Shown: piece by piece, positions 1 through 8,987 of the stretch
Numbering within the stretch: the first letter of the stretch is position 1
Layout: each line of letters begins with the position of its first letter
Assembly: GCA_965217585.1 (NCBI GenBank)
Contig: OZ244561.1
Coordinates: forward strand, 5,728,001-5,792,000
DNA from: Candidatus Latescibacterota bacterium
GTDB lineage: Bacteria; Latescibacterota; UBA2968; UBA8231
Reading direction: 5' to 3'
DNA length: 64,000 nt
Notes under the pieces: model-generated
The model's database searches: none
The model's input: only the letters and a program-made list of their open reading frames with translations
What the model was told of the DNA's origin: nothing
Program-made: the position numbers and the translations under genes

Positions 1-2
1 TA

Positions 3-479
3 ATCGAGGACCAAGCCGTAGCCGCGTATTTTGAGGAGGCCGCCCAAGTGCAAGGCGCAGACCCCAAACAGGTGGGCAACTGGATCACCGGGGAAATTTT
101 CCGCCGCCTCAACGCCGAGGGCCGATCGATTGAAGACGCCGAGGTCCAGCCGACCGCGCTCGTCGAGTTGCTCTCCTTAGTCAAAAAGGGCACGATCAAC
201 CAAAACGCGGCCCGCGAAGTCTTTGGCCAACTGTGGGAGCAGGGCGGCTCGCCCGCCGAGATTGTCGCCGCGCGCGGCCTCGGGCAAATCTCCGACAGCG
301 GGGAACTCGACCAAGCGGTAGCCGAGGTAATCGCCGCGCATCCCGACGCCGTCGAAAAAATCAAGGGCGGCAACCACAAAACCGTGCAATTTCTAATGGG
401 TCAAGTGATGCGGGCGACGCGGGGGAAGGCCAACCCGCAGCTCGTGCAAGAATTGTTGCGCCAGCAGCTAGAGATATAA
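3..479 (+). CDS. gatB: Asp-tRNA(Asn)/Glu-tRNA(Gln) amidotransferase subunit B, C-terminal part (5' partial)
   Basis: Frame is open from the window start. GatB/Yqey tail: NWITGE...GLGQISDSGEL...FLMGQVMRATRGKANP. Confidence 0.93.
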   Translation: MEDQAVAAYFEEAAQVQGADPKQVGNWITGEIFRRLNAEGRSIEDAEVQPTALVELLSLVKKGTINQNAAREVFGQLWEQGGSPAEIVAARGLGQISDSGELDQAVAEVIAAHPDAVEKIKGGNHKTVQFLMGQVMRATRGKANPQLVQELLRQQLEI

Positions 480-525
480 AGTCGAAGCATCTCTTAGCGC
501 ACAGCGCGTCTCAACTCCTCGGCGT

Positions 526-1683
526 CTACAACGCGAGGTCGCCAATTTTCTTTAACGGCAGGGCCGTTATATCCTGAGCGAGCGGGTACTCCAAGTCGCC
601 GGGATAGATCACCCACAGGTGCTCAAGCCCTAAATCCTCGATGACGATGCGCATGGATTTCGTCGTGCGCGGGGCGTCAGTGCATTTGAACTCGAAACCC
701 CAGCGTTTTCCCCGTCGCTGCAACAGCAGATCCAGTTCGGCACCGCGTTGAGTGGCGTAGAAATAAGCTTGGTCCTGACCGTGTGCGAGCAACGTCTGTT
801 CGAGTGCGAACCCTTCCCAGCTAGCGCCGTAGCGCGGGTGCATGGGCAGTTCCGCCATGTCTTCAATCCCCAGCAGAAAGTGCAGGATACCGCTGTCACG
901 CAGGTACACCTTCGGGGCCTTCACTATCCGCTTGCCCAAGTTCTCAAACCACGGCGGCAGGACCCGAATCATAAAGGCACCGGCTAGTAGGTCGCGGTAG
1001 TGGTTCACCGCCGTAGCGCTCACATCCATGGAACGCCCCAGTTCCGCGGCGTTCCAAGTTTGCTCGTGGTAGTGCGCCAACATGCGCCAGAAGCGGCCCA
1101 GTGCTTCCGGCGACACCTTGGAACCCAGCCCTGGGATGTCCCGCTCCAGAAACGTGCGCGTGAACGACTGCATCCACCGCTTCCACGCCGCCGCCGACCG
1201 CGCCAGCCACGCACGCGGGAAGCTGCCACGCATCCAGAGCCTGTCCTGGTGCTCCGGCCCCACCTCCTCCAACGAGAAACCACCCACATCCACGAACAGA
1301 ATCCGCCCCGCCAACGTCTCGGAGATGCCTTGGATCAAATCCCAAGAGGCACTGCCGAGCAGCAGAAAGACGGCCTTGCGGTTCGGATCGTCGCACACCG
1401 GGCGCAGCACTTGGAACAGGGCCGGGAGGCGTTGCACCTCATCGATGACGACCAAACCCTCGCTGTTGCGCAACAAGGTTTCCGGCGTTTGCGACAACGC
1501 TTCGCGGACAGCCGCGACTTCCAAGTCGAACACTGTTGATCGCCCCGGCCATGCCGCTGCGACCTGTCGCGCCAACGTCGTCTTGCCGACCTGCCGGGCA
1601 CCGAGCAAGGCCACGGTCGGGGCCTCTTCAAGACCGCTGGCTGCCTCGGAGAGCAGTGCTGAGCGGGGAATAGATTGTTGCAT
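526..1683 (-). CDS. AAA_14 ATPase with C-terminal DUF4143 domain
   Basis: Walker A GARQVGKT, Walker B IDEVQ, LLGSAS, KAPKVYLRDSG, ASWEGF, and a C-terminal ELDLL..GFEFK nuclease-like motif. Confidence 0.88.
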   Translation of the reverse strand: MQQSIPRSALLSEAASGLEEAPTVALLGARQVGKTTLARQVAAAWPGRSTVFDLEVAAVREALSQTPETLLRNSEGLVVIDEVQRLPALFQVLRPVCDDPNRKAVFLLLGSASWDLIQGISETLAGRILFVDVGGFSLEEVGPEHQDRLWMRGSFPRAWLARSAAAWKRWMQSFTRTFLERDIPGLGSKVSPEALGRFWRMLAHYHEQTWNAAELGRSMDVSATAVNHYRDLLAGAFMIRVLPPWFENLGKRIVKAPKVYLRDSGILHFLLGIEDMAELPMHPRYGASWEGFALEQTLLAHGQDQAYFYATQRGAELDLLLQRRGKRWGFEFKCTDAPRTTKSMRIVIEDLGLEHLWVIYPGDLEYPLAQDITALPLKKIGDLAL

Positions 1684-1872
1684 ATCGTTTATCTACTATA
1701 GGATTTTCAACAAAAATACTCTATTCCAAAGATGGCGCAATGGTCCGTGGCGACATGCAGCGAGGGCTTGGATTGTGTACCTATACCTGACTTGTGTGAT
1801 ATCGAGGCCCATATCCAGCAGTTCGACGGAGAATAATTCTATCGAATCGCCGTATAATTCCTTTATAGGCCA

Positions 1873-1930
1873 AGAGATATATCTCTCCCAAGACTGTTCC
1901 TTTGACTAAATAAAGAGATATAACTATCCT
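1873..1930 (+). promoter_or_regulatory. Putative sigma70 promoter of the DUF262-HEPN operon, with upstream palindrome
   Basis: TTGACT (1902-1907), 17-nt spacer, TATCCT (1925-1930). Perfect palindrome AGAGATATATCTCT at 1873-1886; AGAGATATA recurs inside the spacer. Confidence 0.5.
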
Positions 1931-1989
1931 CCTAGAGTATAGAGTATCCCCGTCCGAATGAGTGGCATTGAAACCGCAAGGAAATAGGA

Positions 1990-3105
1990 ATGACAGCAGA
2001 ACATATTACAGTGAATCCCGAAAAAGACGCTGAACCTGTCGACGATCTGGATGAGGCCAGTGAGGTCATACCATTTACGTATTCCATTACCTCCTATGGT
2101 GCCGACTATCCTGTTGATTCTATAGTCAAGCGCATGGAGTCAAAGGATATTGTCATCCCGCGATTTAGCCGCGAAGACTCATCTGAGATCGTAGGCTTCC
2201 AACGTGAATATGTCTGGCCTAGATCCAAAGCGGATCGATTCATCGAGTCGCTTTTGCTTGGACTACCGGTGCCGGGCATATTTCTCGTAAAGGAGCAATC
2301 GGGTCGTTTCCTCGTGTTAGACGGTCACCAGCGTCTGTACACCTTGCAGGCATTTTTCAGGGGTATTATCAACGGTCGGGAGTATCGTCTCGATAATGTC
2401 CAAGATCGTTTTGCCAAAAAAAGTTACTCCGATCTTGACGTTGAAGATCGACGTCGGCTCGACGACAGCATTATCCATGCAACTATCGTCAGACAAGATG
2501 AGCCGAGTGAGGACCAGAGTAGCATCTACGCAATTTTTGAACGCCTCAACACGGGTGGAGTGAATCTACAACCTCAAGAGATTCGAGTAGCGCTTTATCA
2601 CGGTGAGCTAGTACGCGTGCTTGGGAAACTAAACGATCACTGTGCTTGGCGGGAACTCTTTGGGAAAAAATCGTTCCGCCTGAAAGATATGGAACTCATA
2701 TTGCGCTTTTTTGCATTGTTTTACCGAGCAGAATCGTACCAACGGCCGATGAAGGACTTTCTAAATCGATACATGGCTGGCAATAGAAACCTAAAACGGC
2801 AATCGGAAGGGGAGTTGTCGGAAATTTTTGAGTCCGCGACCAACCTTCTTCTGGGAACGGTAGGTCCTCGGGCCTTTCGGCCATTGCGATCCGTCAACGC
2901 TGCCGCTGTCGATTCAATACTCACAGGTGTTGCCAAGCGACTGCAGAAAGGGCCAGTTAAGAACCGCAAAGCGTTTCTCAAGAGTTATGACGACTTACTT
3001 CAAGATCCAAACTATCTAGATGCGATCGAGACGGGAACGTCTCAAGAAACTAATGTCCAGAGGCGACTCCAGCTAGCAAAACAAACCTTTGCCGACGTGC
3101 CATGA
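1990..3105 (+). CDS. DUF262 (ParB/Srx-like, GmrSD N-terminal type) domain protein
   Basis: Motifs FQREYVW, FIESLLLGLPVP, VLDGHQRL (DGQQR variant) and IFERLNTGG. Confidence 0.88.
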   Translation: MTAEHITVNPEKDAEPVDDLDEASEVIPFTYSITSYGADYPVDSIVKRMESKDIVIPRFSREDSSEIVGFQREYVWPRSKADRFIESLLLGLPVPGIFLVKEQSGRFLVLDGHQRLYTLQAFFRGIINGREYRLDNVQDRFAKKSYSDLDVEDRRRLDDSIIHATIVRQDEPSEDQSSIYAIFERLNTGGVNLQPQEIRVALYHGELVRVLGKLNDHCAWRELFGKKSFRLKDMELILRFFALFYRAESYQRPMKDFLNRYMAGNRNLKRQSEGELSEIFESATNLLLGTVGPRAFRPLRSVNAAAVDSILTGVAKRLQKGPVKNRKAFLKSYDDLLQDPNYLDAIETGTSQETNVQRRLQLAKQTFADVP

Positions 3106-3578
3106 ATGGCAAGGCCGTTGTAGCTGCACTTAGGCAAAGGCTGGACGCAACATTCGAGCGTATAGGGCAGGTGAGTGATGATGTTGAATCAGAATTACTG
3201 TCCGATTTTGCACGATACCTCTGCGTTTTGGTATCTGGCTTCCTCGAACAGTCTGTCGTGGAGCTCGTTCTAGAGCATGTGCGGCGCAACTCAAATCAGA
3301 CCGTGCAACGCCACATCGAAGCGCGATTACGGCGGCAGTTTGCGAACGCAAACTCGCAAAGGCTTATTGACTTAATGAGCACGTTTAACCCAGCTTGGGG
3401 AACCGACTTGCAAAATTTTCTAGACGACGAATACAAGGACGCTGTAGATAGCGTAGTTAATTTACGCAACCAGATATCTCATGGTGTCCCCGTAGGGGTT
3501 ACGATGACGAGGATTAAAGACTATTACGTACCCGTGAAAAAGGTAGTGGATCACATTGCGGAGTTGTGTGCCCCGTAG
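3102..3578 (+). CDS. HEPN-domain protein (RiboL-PSP/MAE_28990-like), putative RNase
   Basis: Rx4H motif RNQISH near the C-terminus; N-terminal helix YLCVLVSGFLE; ATGA overlap with the DUF262 gene. Confidence 0.78.
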   Translation: MNGKAVVAALRQRLDATFERIGQVSDDVESELLSDFARYLCVLVSGFLEQSVVELVLEHVRRNSNQTVQRHIEARLRRQFANANSQRLIDLMSTFNPAWGTDLQNFLDDEYKDAVDSVVNLRNQISHGVPVGVTMTRIKDYYVPVKKVVDHIAELCAP

Positions 3579-3609
3579 CTAACATTTATAGATGACACGC
3601 CGTAGCTCT

Positions 3610-3733
3610 AAAAAAATGACCCCCCCGACTACTCCGTTGCCGGAGAGAGCACCCTTGGCACTCTTGTCATCAGGGGGGAACCTTTGAATGTCGGGCTGGG
3701 CGAACCATATCTAGCCCGCTAGGGCCACCCAAC
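3610..3733 (-). ncRNA. Candidate structured non-coding RNA (~125 nt), family unknown
   Basis: Own promoter and a U7 3' tract. Minus-strand stems with G-U pairs: UUGGGUG/CAUUCAA, CGGGCU/AGCCCG, CCCCCCU..GAC/GUC-GGGGGGG enclosing hairpins AGAGUGCC/GGUGCUCU and CUCCG-GCAA-CGGAG. Confidence 0.55.
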
Positions 3734-3739
3734 AATACC

Positions 3740-3769
3740 ATTATACGTCAAGCAAGAATCTGGAGTCAA
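3740..3769 (-). promoter_or_regulatory. sigma70 promoter driving the candidate ncRNA
   Basis: Minus strand TTGACT (3769-3764), 18-nt spacer, TATAAT (3745-3740). No substantial ORF downstream. Confidence 0.6.
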
Positions 3770-3884
3770 GAAGGGCGTAGATAAGAAAAATAGATTTGTA
3801 GAACCACGCAGCCGTAGTGCTCAATTACCCTCCCAAGCCGCCAACTCCTTAAGAATAAAGTTAGCAAGAATATAGGGACGGCTT

Positions 3885-4126
3885 GGCAAGCTCTTCAAAG
3901 CCTTACTAACGGCTCACGTGTCCGCTTGGCAAACATACGCCACACCGCACGCCTCTCAACGCACCAACGCCAAGCGCCCCACCGCGACAAACGAATCCGC
4001 CACCAAGCGATAAAAGTAAATCCCCGAAGCCACCGCCCGCCCACCTCGATCGCGCCCATCCCAGACAAACCGATAGCGGCCAGCCGCTAACGGCCCGTCC
4101 ACGAGGTGGCGCACAGGCTGCCCAAC
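3885..4126 (+). repeat. ~240-bp direct repeat, copy 1 (remnant of the M48 and M6 gene 3' ends)
   Basis: Near-identical to 15024-15266 (GGCAAGCTCTTCAAAGCC...CGGCCCGTCCAC...CCCAAC), with a long identical central block and scattered mismatches at the ends. Confidence 0.92.
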
Positions 4127-4438
4127 AACAGAAAACGAGCCGAATTTTCCGGGCGATCTACTAGAGGCCGCAAGACGGAAAACAGCTCGGGCAGCCGTTG
4201 TATTTCATCTAGTACGACGAGCCCGTCTAGTGTGCCGAGGGTCTGTTCAGGGGTAGAAAGAGCCGTGCGATCTGGTGCCCGATCAAGGTAGAAGTAGCGT
4301 ACAGGCTGGCAACGGGAGGCAATTAGGCTGGCAAGGGTCGTCTTCCCCGTCTGGCGTGCACCTAACAAATAAGGTAATAGGGGCCTCGTCGAGGCACTCT
4401 TCGATCTGGCTGAACAGGTGAGGCCGCTGAATTCGCAT
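4122..4438 (-). pseudogene. Truncated, frameshifted paralog of the AAA_14/DUF4143 ATPase
   Basis: MRIQRPHLFSQIEECLDEAPITL is in one frame and LGARQTGKTT...LDEIQRLPELF...FLLLGS in another. It breaks off into the repeat. Confidence 0.8.
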
Positions 4439-4456
4439 CTTAGAATGTAGCATATA

Positions 4457-4485
4457 TTGACAAGCAATCCGGCATATGTTATAAT
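4457..4485 (+). promoter_or_regulatory. Consensus sigma70 promoter of the R-M operon (probably near-leaderless mRNA)
   Basis: TTGACA (4457-4462), 17-nt spacer, TATAAT (4480-4485) preceded by TGn. The ATG is 9 nt downstream with no Shine-Dalgarno (SD). Confidence 0.8.
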
Positions 4486-4494
4486 ATATCAATT

Positions 4495-6363
4495 ATGACA
4501 GACATAACAGAATTATACGATATCCCGGCCGTGTTACGCGCCATCCGCTCCCGCCTCGACCTCACTCAAGAGCAGCTCGCCGAGCGGATCGGCGTCTCCT
4601 TCGCTAGCATCAACCGTTGGGAGGGCGGCGCGATCAAGCCGCAGAAGGCAGCACAGGAGGCCATCGCCGCACTCGCTATCCAAGCGGGCGTCGATATAAT
4701 GGAGTTGGCTGCCGAGCCAACCGAAGCCGCCGTGCGCGTGACGCGGCGACGGAAAGGCAAAGGCCGTGCGGCCGTGCCTTCGACCAAGCCGATGGAGCAG
4801 ATGCTGTGGGATGCGGCCTGCTCCATCCGCGGCGAGAAGGACGCGGCAAAATTCAAGGATTACCTGCTGCCGCTCCTATTCCTCAAGCGGCTGTCCGATG
4901 TGTTCGACGACGAGATCGAACGGCTAGTCGAGGAATACGGCGAACGAGACATCGCGCTGGAAATCGCCGAGGGCGATCACGCACTGTTGCGTTTCTACCT
5001 GCCCCCGGAAGCGCGCTGGGGCGTCATCAGCGGTCGCGACAGTTATGAGTGGCCGCTCGACGACCAAGGGCGGAGCACGCAGCCGAGGGACATCGGCGAG
5101 CATCTGACAAAGGCGGTGCGGGCGGTCGCGCGGCAGAATCCCTCGCTTTCGGGCGTTATCGACTTTGTCGATTTCGCCTCCGAGCGCAATGGCGAGCGCG
5201 ACATCAACCCGGCCAAGCTCGCCGCAGTCATCGAGACCTTTTCAGATCCCCGCTATAGGCTCGGCCTCGCCGACGTGCAACCCGACTTCCTTGGCCGCGC
5301 CTACGAGTATCTGCTGCGCAAGTTCGCCGAAGGTTCCGGCCAGAGCGCGGGCGAGTTCTTCACCCCTACCGAGGTCGGTTTCCTCATGGCGCACATCATG
5401 CGCCCGAGGCCCGGCGAGGATTGCCACGACTACGCCTGCGGCTCGGCTGGCCTGCTGGTCAAGCTCGAACTCGTCGCCCGCGAACTCGACCCCACTAGCC
5501 GCGTGCCGCTCAAGCTCTACGGCCAGGAACTGCAAGCCGAGAGCTACGCCGTCGCCCAAATGAACGGGATCATCCACGACATGGAGGTGGAGATCGAACG
5601 CGGCGACACCATGATCAACCCCAAGTTCAAGACCGCGACCGGCCAGATCGCCACCCATGACATCGTGGTGGCCAATCCCATGTGGAATCAGCCGTTTAGC
5701 CCGGAACTCTTCGCCAATGACCCATTCGACCGCTTCCGCACCCAAGGTGGCGTCACCACAGGCAAGGGCGACTGGGCTTGGCTCCAGCACACGCTCGCCT
5801 GCCTGAACGAGCGCGGGCGGGCTGCGGTGGTGCTCGACACTGGTGCAGTGACGCGAGGCTCGGGTGCCAAGCACGAGGACCGAGAGCGCAACATCCGCAA
5901 ATGGTTCGTGGACCGCGACCTAATTGACGGGGTGATTCTATTGCCAGACAACCTTTTCTATAACACCAGCGCCGCCGGCGTAATCATGGTGCTGTCGAAA
6001 CGCAAGCCAGAGGCGCGGCAGGACAAGATCGTATTGCTCAACGCCAGTCGGCGCGTGGGCAAGGGACGGCCCAAGAATTTCATCCTGGAGGAGGATATTC
6101 GTCTGATTGCGGCGGCGTTTTTGAAGGGGGAGCCGGTGGAGGGGGAGGTTGCGGTGATTACGCGGGAGCAGGCGGAGGAAGCGGATTATAACTTGAGTCC
6201 GAGCCGATGGGTTTTAGGACTAGAAAACAAGGAAGTGTCTTCTGTCAGCGACCTAATTAACGAACTCGCGACGTTGTCGAGGGAACAAGCCGAGCATGAC
6301 GAAAAGCTACTCACACTCTTGAAGCCGCTAACTGATGGAAAGCTCAATGTCGTCGCCGATTGA
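4495..6363 (+). CDS. hsdM: Type I R-M methyltransferase subunit with N-terminal XRE-type HTH
   Basis: [24 protein letters not shown]; Hsd[12 protein letters not shown]; [19 protein letters not shown], motif I DYACGSAG, motif [15 protein letters not shown]. Confidence 0.92.
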   Translation: MTDITELYDIPAVLRAIRSRLDLTQEQLAERIGVSFASINRWEGGAIKPQKAAQEAIAALAIQAGVDIMELAAEPTEAAVRVTRRRKGKGRAAVPSTKPMEQMLWDAACSIRGEKDAAKFKDYLLPLLFLKRLSDVFDDEIERLVEEYGERDIALEIAEGDHALLRFYLPPEARWGVISGRDSYEWPLDDQGRSTQPRDIGEHLTKAVRAVARQNPSLSGVIDFVDFASERNGERDINPAKLAAVIETFSDPRYRLGLADVQPDFLGRAYEYLLRKFAEGSGQSAGEFFTPTEVGFLMAHIMRPRPGEDCHDYACGSAGLLVKLELVARELDPTSRVPLKLYGQELQAESYAVAQMNGIIHDMEVEIERGDTMINPKFKTATGQIATHDIVVANPMWNQPFSPELFANDPFDRFRTQGGVTTGKGDWAWLQHTLACLNERGRAAVVLDTGAVTRGSGAKHEDRERNIRKWFVDRDLIDGVILLPDNLFYNTSAAGVIMVLSKRKPEARQDKIVLLNASRRVGKGRPKNFILEEDIRLIAAAFLKGEPVEGEVAVITREQAEEADYNLSPSRWVLGLENKEVSSVSDLINELATLSREQAEHDEKLLTLLKPLTDGKLNVVAD

Positions 6364-7537
6364 ATGGGCACAGTGTCGCTTGGGTGAAGTAACGGTTCCC
6401 ACATCAACGTGGAGCCCTCGCCGCGATCCCCGTCCATCAATCCGTTACATCGACGTTTCGGCCATTTCGCGGGATGAACTCAGGATCGTCTCCGAGACAA
6501 CATACTCGGCGGACAATGCCCCGAGCCGGGCGCGCAAAATCGTCGAGACCGGAGACACGATTTTCGCGACGGTCCGCCCCACGCTACGGCGGATTGCACA
6601 GATACCGACGTCTCTGGATGGTGAAATAGTCTCTACGGCCTTTTGTGTCCTGCGACCCGACCCCCAAGCGATTGACGCGGATTTTCTCTACTTCGCCACA
6701 CAGCTTGAGTCCGTGATGGAGGGCATCGCCTCAATGGAGTCGGGGGCAAGCTATCCGGCGGTGCGGGATGTTGACGTTCTGGATCAAGTAGTTCCACTCC
6801 CACCTTTGCCTGAGCAACGGGAAATTGCTGCTGTCCTCAATACCATACGCAGAGCTTTGCTTCATCAAACCCAATGTGAAGCGAATGCGACGGCTCTCAA
6901 GCGCGCCGCGATGCAGGAGCTATTTACGCACGGTCTGCGGGGCGAGGCGCGGAAGGAAACCGAGATTGGGCCTGTGCCGGAGAGTTGGTCGCTGGTTCCG
7001 TTTGCTAAAACCGCTTTGCTCCAGCGAGGCTTTGATCTATCGGTATCCCATAGACGCAATGGAGACATTCCCGTGTTTGGCTCAAATGGGATCGTAGGAT
7101 ACCACGATCAGCAGCCAGCCTGTATTCCCATTCCTGGCGTGATGGTTGGTCGAAGTGGAAGCGTCGGAAAGGTATCGTTTTCAGCAGGTCCATACTGGCC
7201 ACTCAATACGACCTTGTTTGCCACTGACTTTTTTGGCAACGATGAAAGTTTTATTGCTTACTTTCTCGATCAATTCGACTTCTCTAGGTTTTCTTCAGGT
7301 GTAAGTGTTCCCACCCTCAACAGAAATTCTTTCGCTAACGTCCCCGTTGCAGTGCCACCTGTCGACGAACAACTCGAGATCGTCGCCATCCTCGACGCCA
7401 TTGACCGCAAAATTGACCTGCACCGAAGGAAACGGGTGGTGCTCGACGATTTGTTTAAGGCGCTGCTGCACAAGCTGATGACGAGAAGGATTCTGGTTGC
7501 CGATCTCGATTTATCCTATGACTACACAAGGAAGTAA
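6335..7537 (+). CDS. hsdS: Type I R-M specificity subunit
   Basis: Two target recognition domains with conserved repeats [12 protein letters not shown] and [11 protein letters not shown], and central linker [12 protein letters not shown]. Confidence 0.92.
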   Translation: MESSMSSPIEWAQCRLGEVTVPTSTWSPRRDPRPSIRYIDVSAISRDELRIVSETTYSADNAPSRARKIVETGDTIFATVRPTLRRIAQIPTSLDGEIVSTAFCVLRPDPQAIDADFLYFATQLESVMEGIASMESGASYPAVRDVDVLDQVVPLPPLPEQREIAAVLNTIRRALLHQTQCEANATALKRAAMQELFTHGLRGEARKETEIGPVPESWSLVPFAKTALLQRGFDLSVSHRRNGDIPVFGSNGIVGYHDQQPACIPIPGVMVGRSGSVGKVSFSAGPYWPLNTTLFATDFFGNDESFIAYFLDQFDFSRFSSGVSVPTLNRNSFANVPVAVPPVDEQLEIVAILDAIDRKIDLHRRKRVVLDDLFKALLHKLMTRRILVADLDLSYDYTRK

Positions 7538-7541
7538 GTAA

Positions 7542-8987
7542 ATGCGCGGAGTTGCCCTGAACTTTTTTCCTCTCGCAACGGATCAGTTCACGATCACGCT
7601 CTACCGCCTCCCCTTTGTCGAGGGTGAGCGACCCAAAGCCGGAGACGAAGAAGCTGTTCGTCGATATCTCAAGATAGATGGCGAGGGGGATTACTACTGG
7701 ACCTTCTTCCAACAACCACTTGAAGGAGGAACCGAAGTAGTTTGCGAGCCGTTCGATAATATTTACGGCACAATAGACGCACTCAGATTAGCCTTAATCC
7801 AAAGTTGTAAAAATAATCTGGATTCCGACTCCTTCTGTGTCATTGAGAGCTTCCGACGACACGTGGAAATCATAACTGGTAAATTCTCTGAGGGATCACA
7901 GGTCGTCTCGCTGGAACCGTACCTATTGCGCTCAAGTGGCCAGTTTGGTTTCCTCGCAGACTTCCGCTTCCATCCTACTGAAGAGCATCGTGGTACGCGA
8001 CGGGCGCTTCAACTCAGCCTATCACTCGACAAACACGGGCAGCCGAATCTAAACCATTACGCTGATCGCTACTCACAGCTTGCCGCCTATGTGTCCAAGT
8101 TTCACGACCAAATATTCCCGCTCCATATGCCAGGTGGCCAAGAGGTGGCAGTTGGATCACGGCTTGTGGAACTTAAGTCTGAGACACTCGACGTCAAGAA
8201 CTATGTAGTCGGCTCTGACACCGAAGCAAAATCGCAGTTCATGGGCGTCAAGCAATCCGGTCCATTCAAAAAGATCCCAGAAGATACGCACCTGTATTTT
8301 CTTTACAGGCAGGAGGATCGTCCTCTATCTCGCGATCTATTTCGAGCTCTACGTGGTGATACCTTCAGGACCTTTACCGGGATGGAACACATGTTCCATC
8401 TCCCGATCTCAAACGAAAACGTGAGCGGTGCCGCCCTGTCAGACTTTAGCCCCAATGAAATACAGCGCGTCCGGGATCAGGTAGTTGAAGATGCTGCTGG
8501 CCATAAAGTCGTACCCATAGTGTTGACGCCCTTCAGCAGATATGATACTCCAGAGGAGAACGTAGCCTACTGGAACCTGAAGCATGCCTTTCTATCAAAG
8601 GGCCTACCGATTCAGGTTGTCGCAACTAAAACGGTAGCGGATAAGAACAAGCTTAAATGGTCCACGTCGAGTATCGGACTCCAAGTCTTTGCTAAAGCAG
8701 GTGGAACGCCGTGGAAGGTCCGCCCTCGAACAGAACGCTGTCTGATCGTAGGAATCGGGCAGGCACACCACATGTCCGAAGAGGGCATTGAGCGTTTCTT
8801 TGCCTATTCTGTGCTCACTGATTCGAGTGGTGCCTTCGAAGAAGTCAGGGTCCTTGGAGAAGATCAAGATGAAGAGCGCTATATAGAATCTTTCTCAACC
8901 AACTTACGGAGAATTTTTGAGGATTACTCCTCCCGTTTCTCAAGCTTTGTGGTACACGCCACATTCTCTATTGGTCGGCGAGAATGA
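7542..8987 (+). CDS. Prokaryotic Argonaute (long-B-like, catalytically inactive), ending midway through PIWI
   Basis: N-terminal LNFFPL strand. MID signature YWNLK...GLPIQVV...LQVFAKAGGTPW (Y-K-Q-K). PIWI strand 1 CLIVGIG has Gly for the catalytic Asp. Stops just after FVVH (481 aa). Confidence 0.8.
   Translation: MRGVALNFFPLATDQFTITLYRLPFVEGERPKAGDEEAVRRYLKIDGEGDYYWTFFQQPLEGGTEVVCEPFDNIYGTIDALRLALIQSCKNNLDSDSFCVIESFRRHVEIITGKFSEGSQVVSLEPYLLRSSGQFGFLADFRFHPTEEHRGTRRALQLSLSLDKHGQPNLNHYADRYSQLAAYVSKFHDQIFPLHMPGGQEVAVGSRLVELKSETLDVKNYVVGSDTEAKSQFMGVKQSGPFKKIPEDTHLYFLYRQEDRPLSRDLFRALRGDTFRTFTGMEHMFHLPISNENVSGAALSDFSPNEIQRVRDQVVEDAAGHKVVPIVLTPFSRYDTPEENVAYWNLKHAFLSKGLPIQVVATKTVADKNKLKWSTSSIGLQVFAKAGGTPWKVRPRTERCLIVGIGQAHHMSEEGIERFFAYSVLTDSSGAFEEVRVLGEDQDEERYIESFSTNLRRIFEDYSSRFSSFVVHATFSIGRRE

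Noticed and set aside
3660-3675. CUGAUGA in the candidate ncRNA as a hammerhead ribozyme core
   Set aside because: The required GAAA after stem II is absent.
3670-3708. 12-codon minus-strand ORF (MVRPARHSKVPP) inside the candidate ncRNA
   Set aside because: No SD, buried in stems, and not a hydrophobic type I toxin-like peptide.
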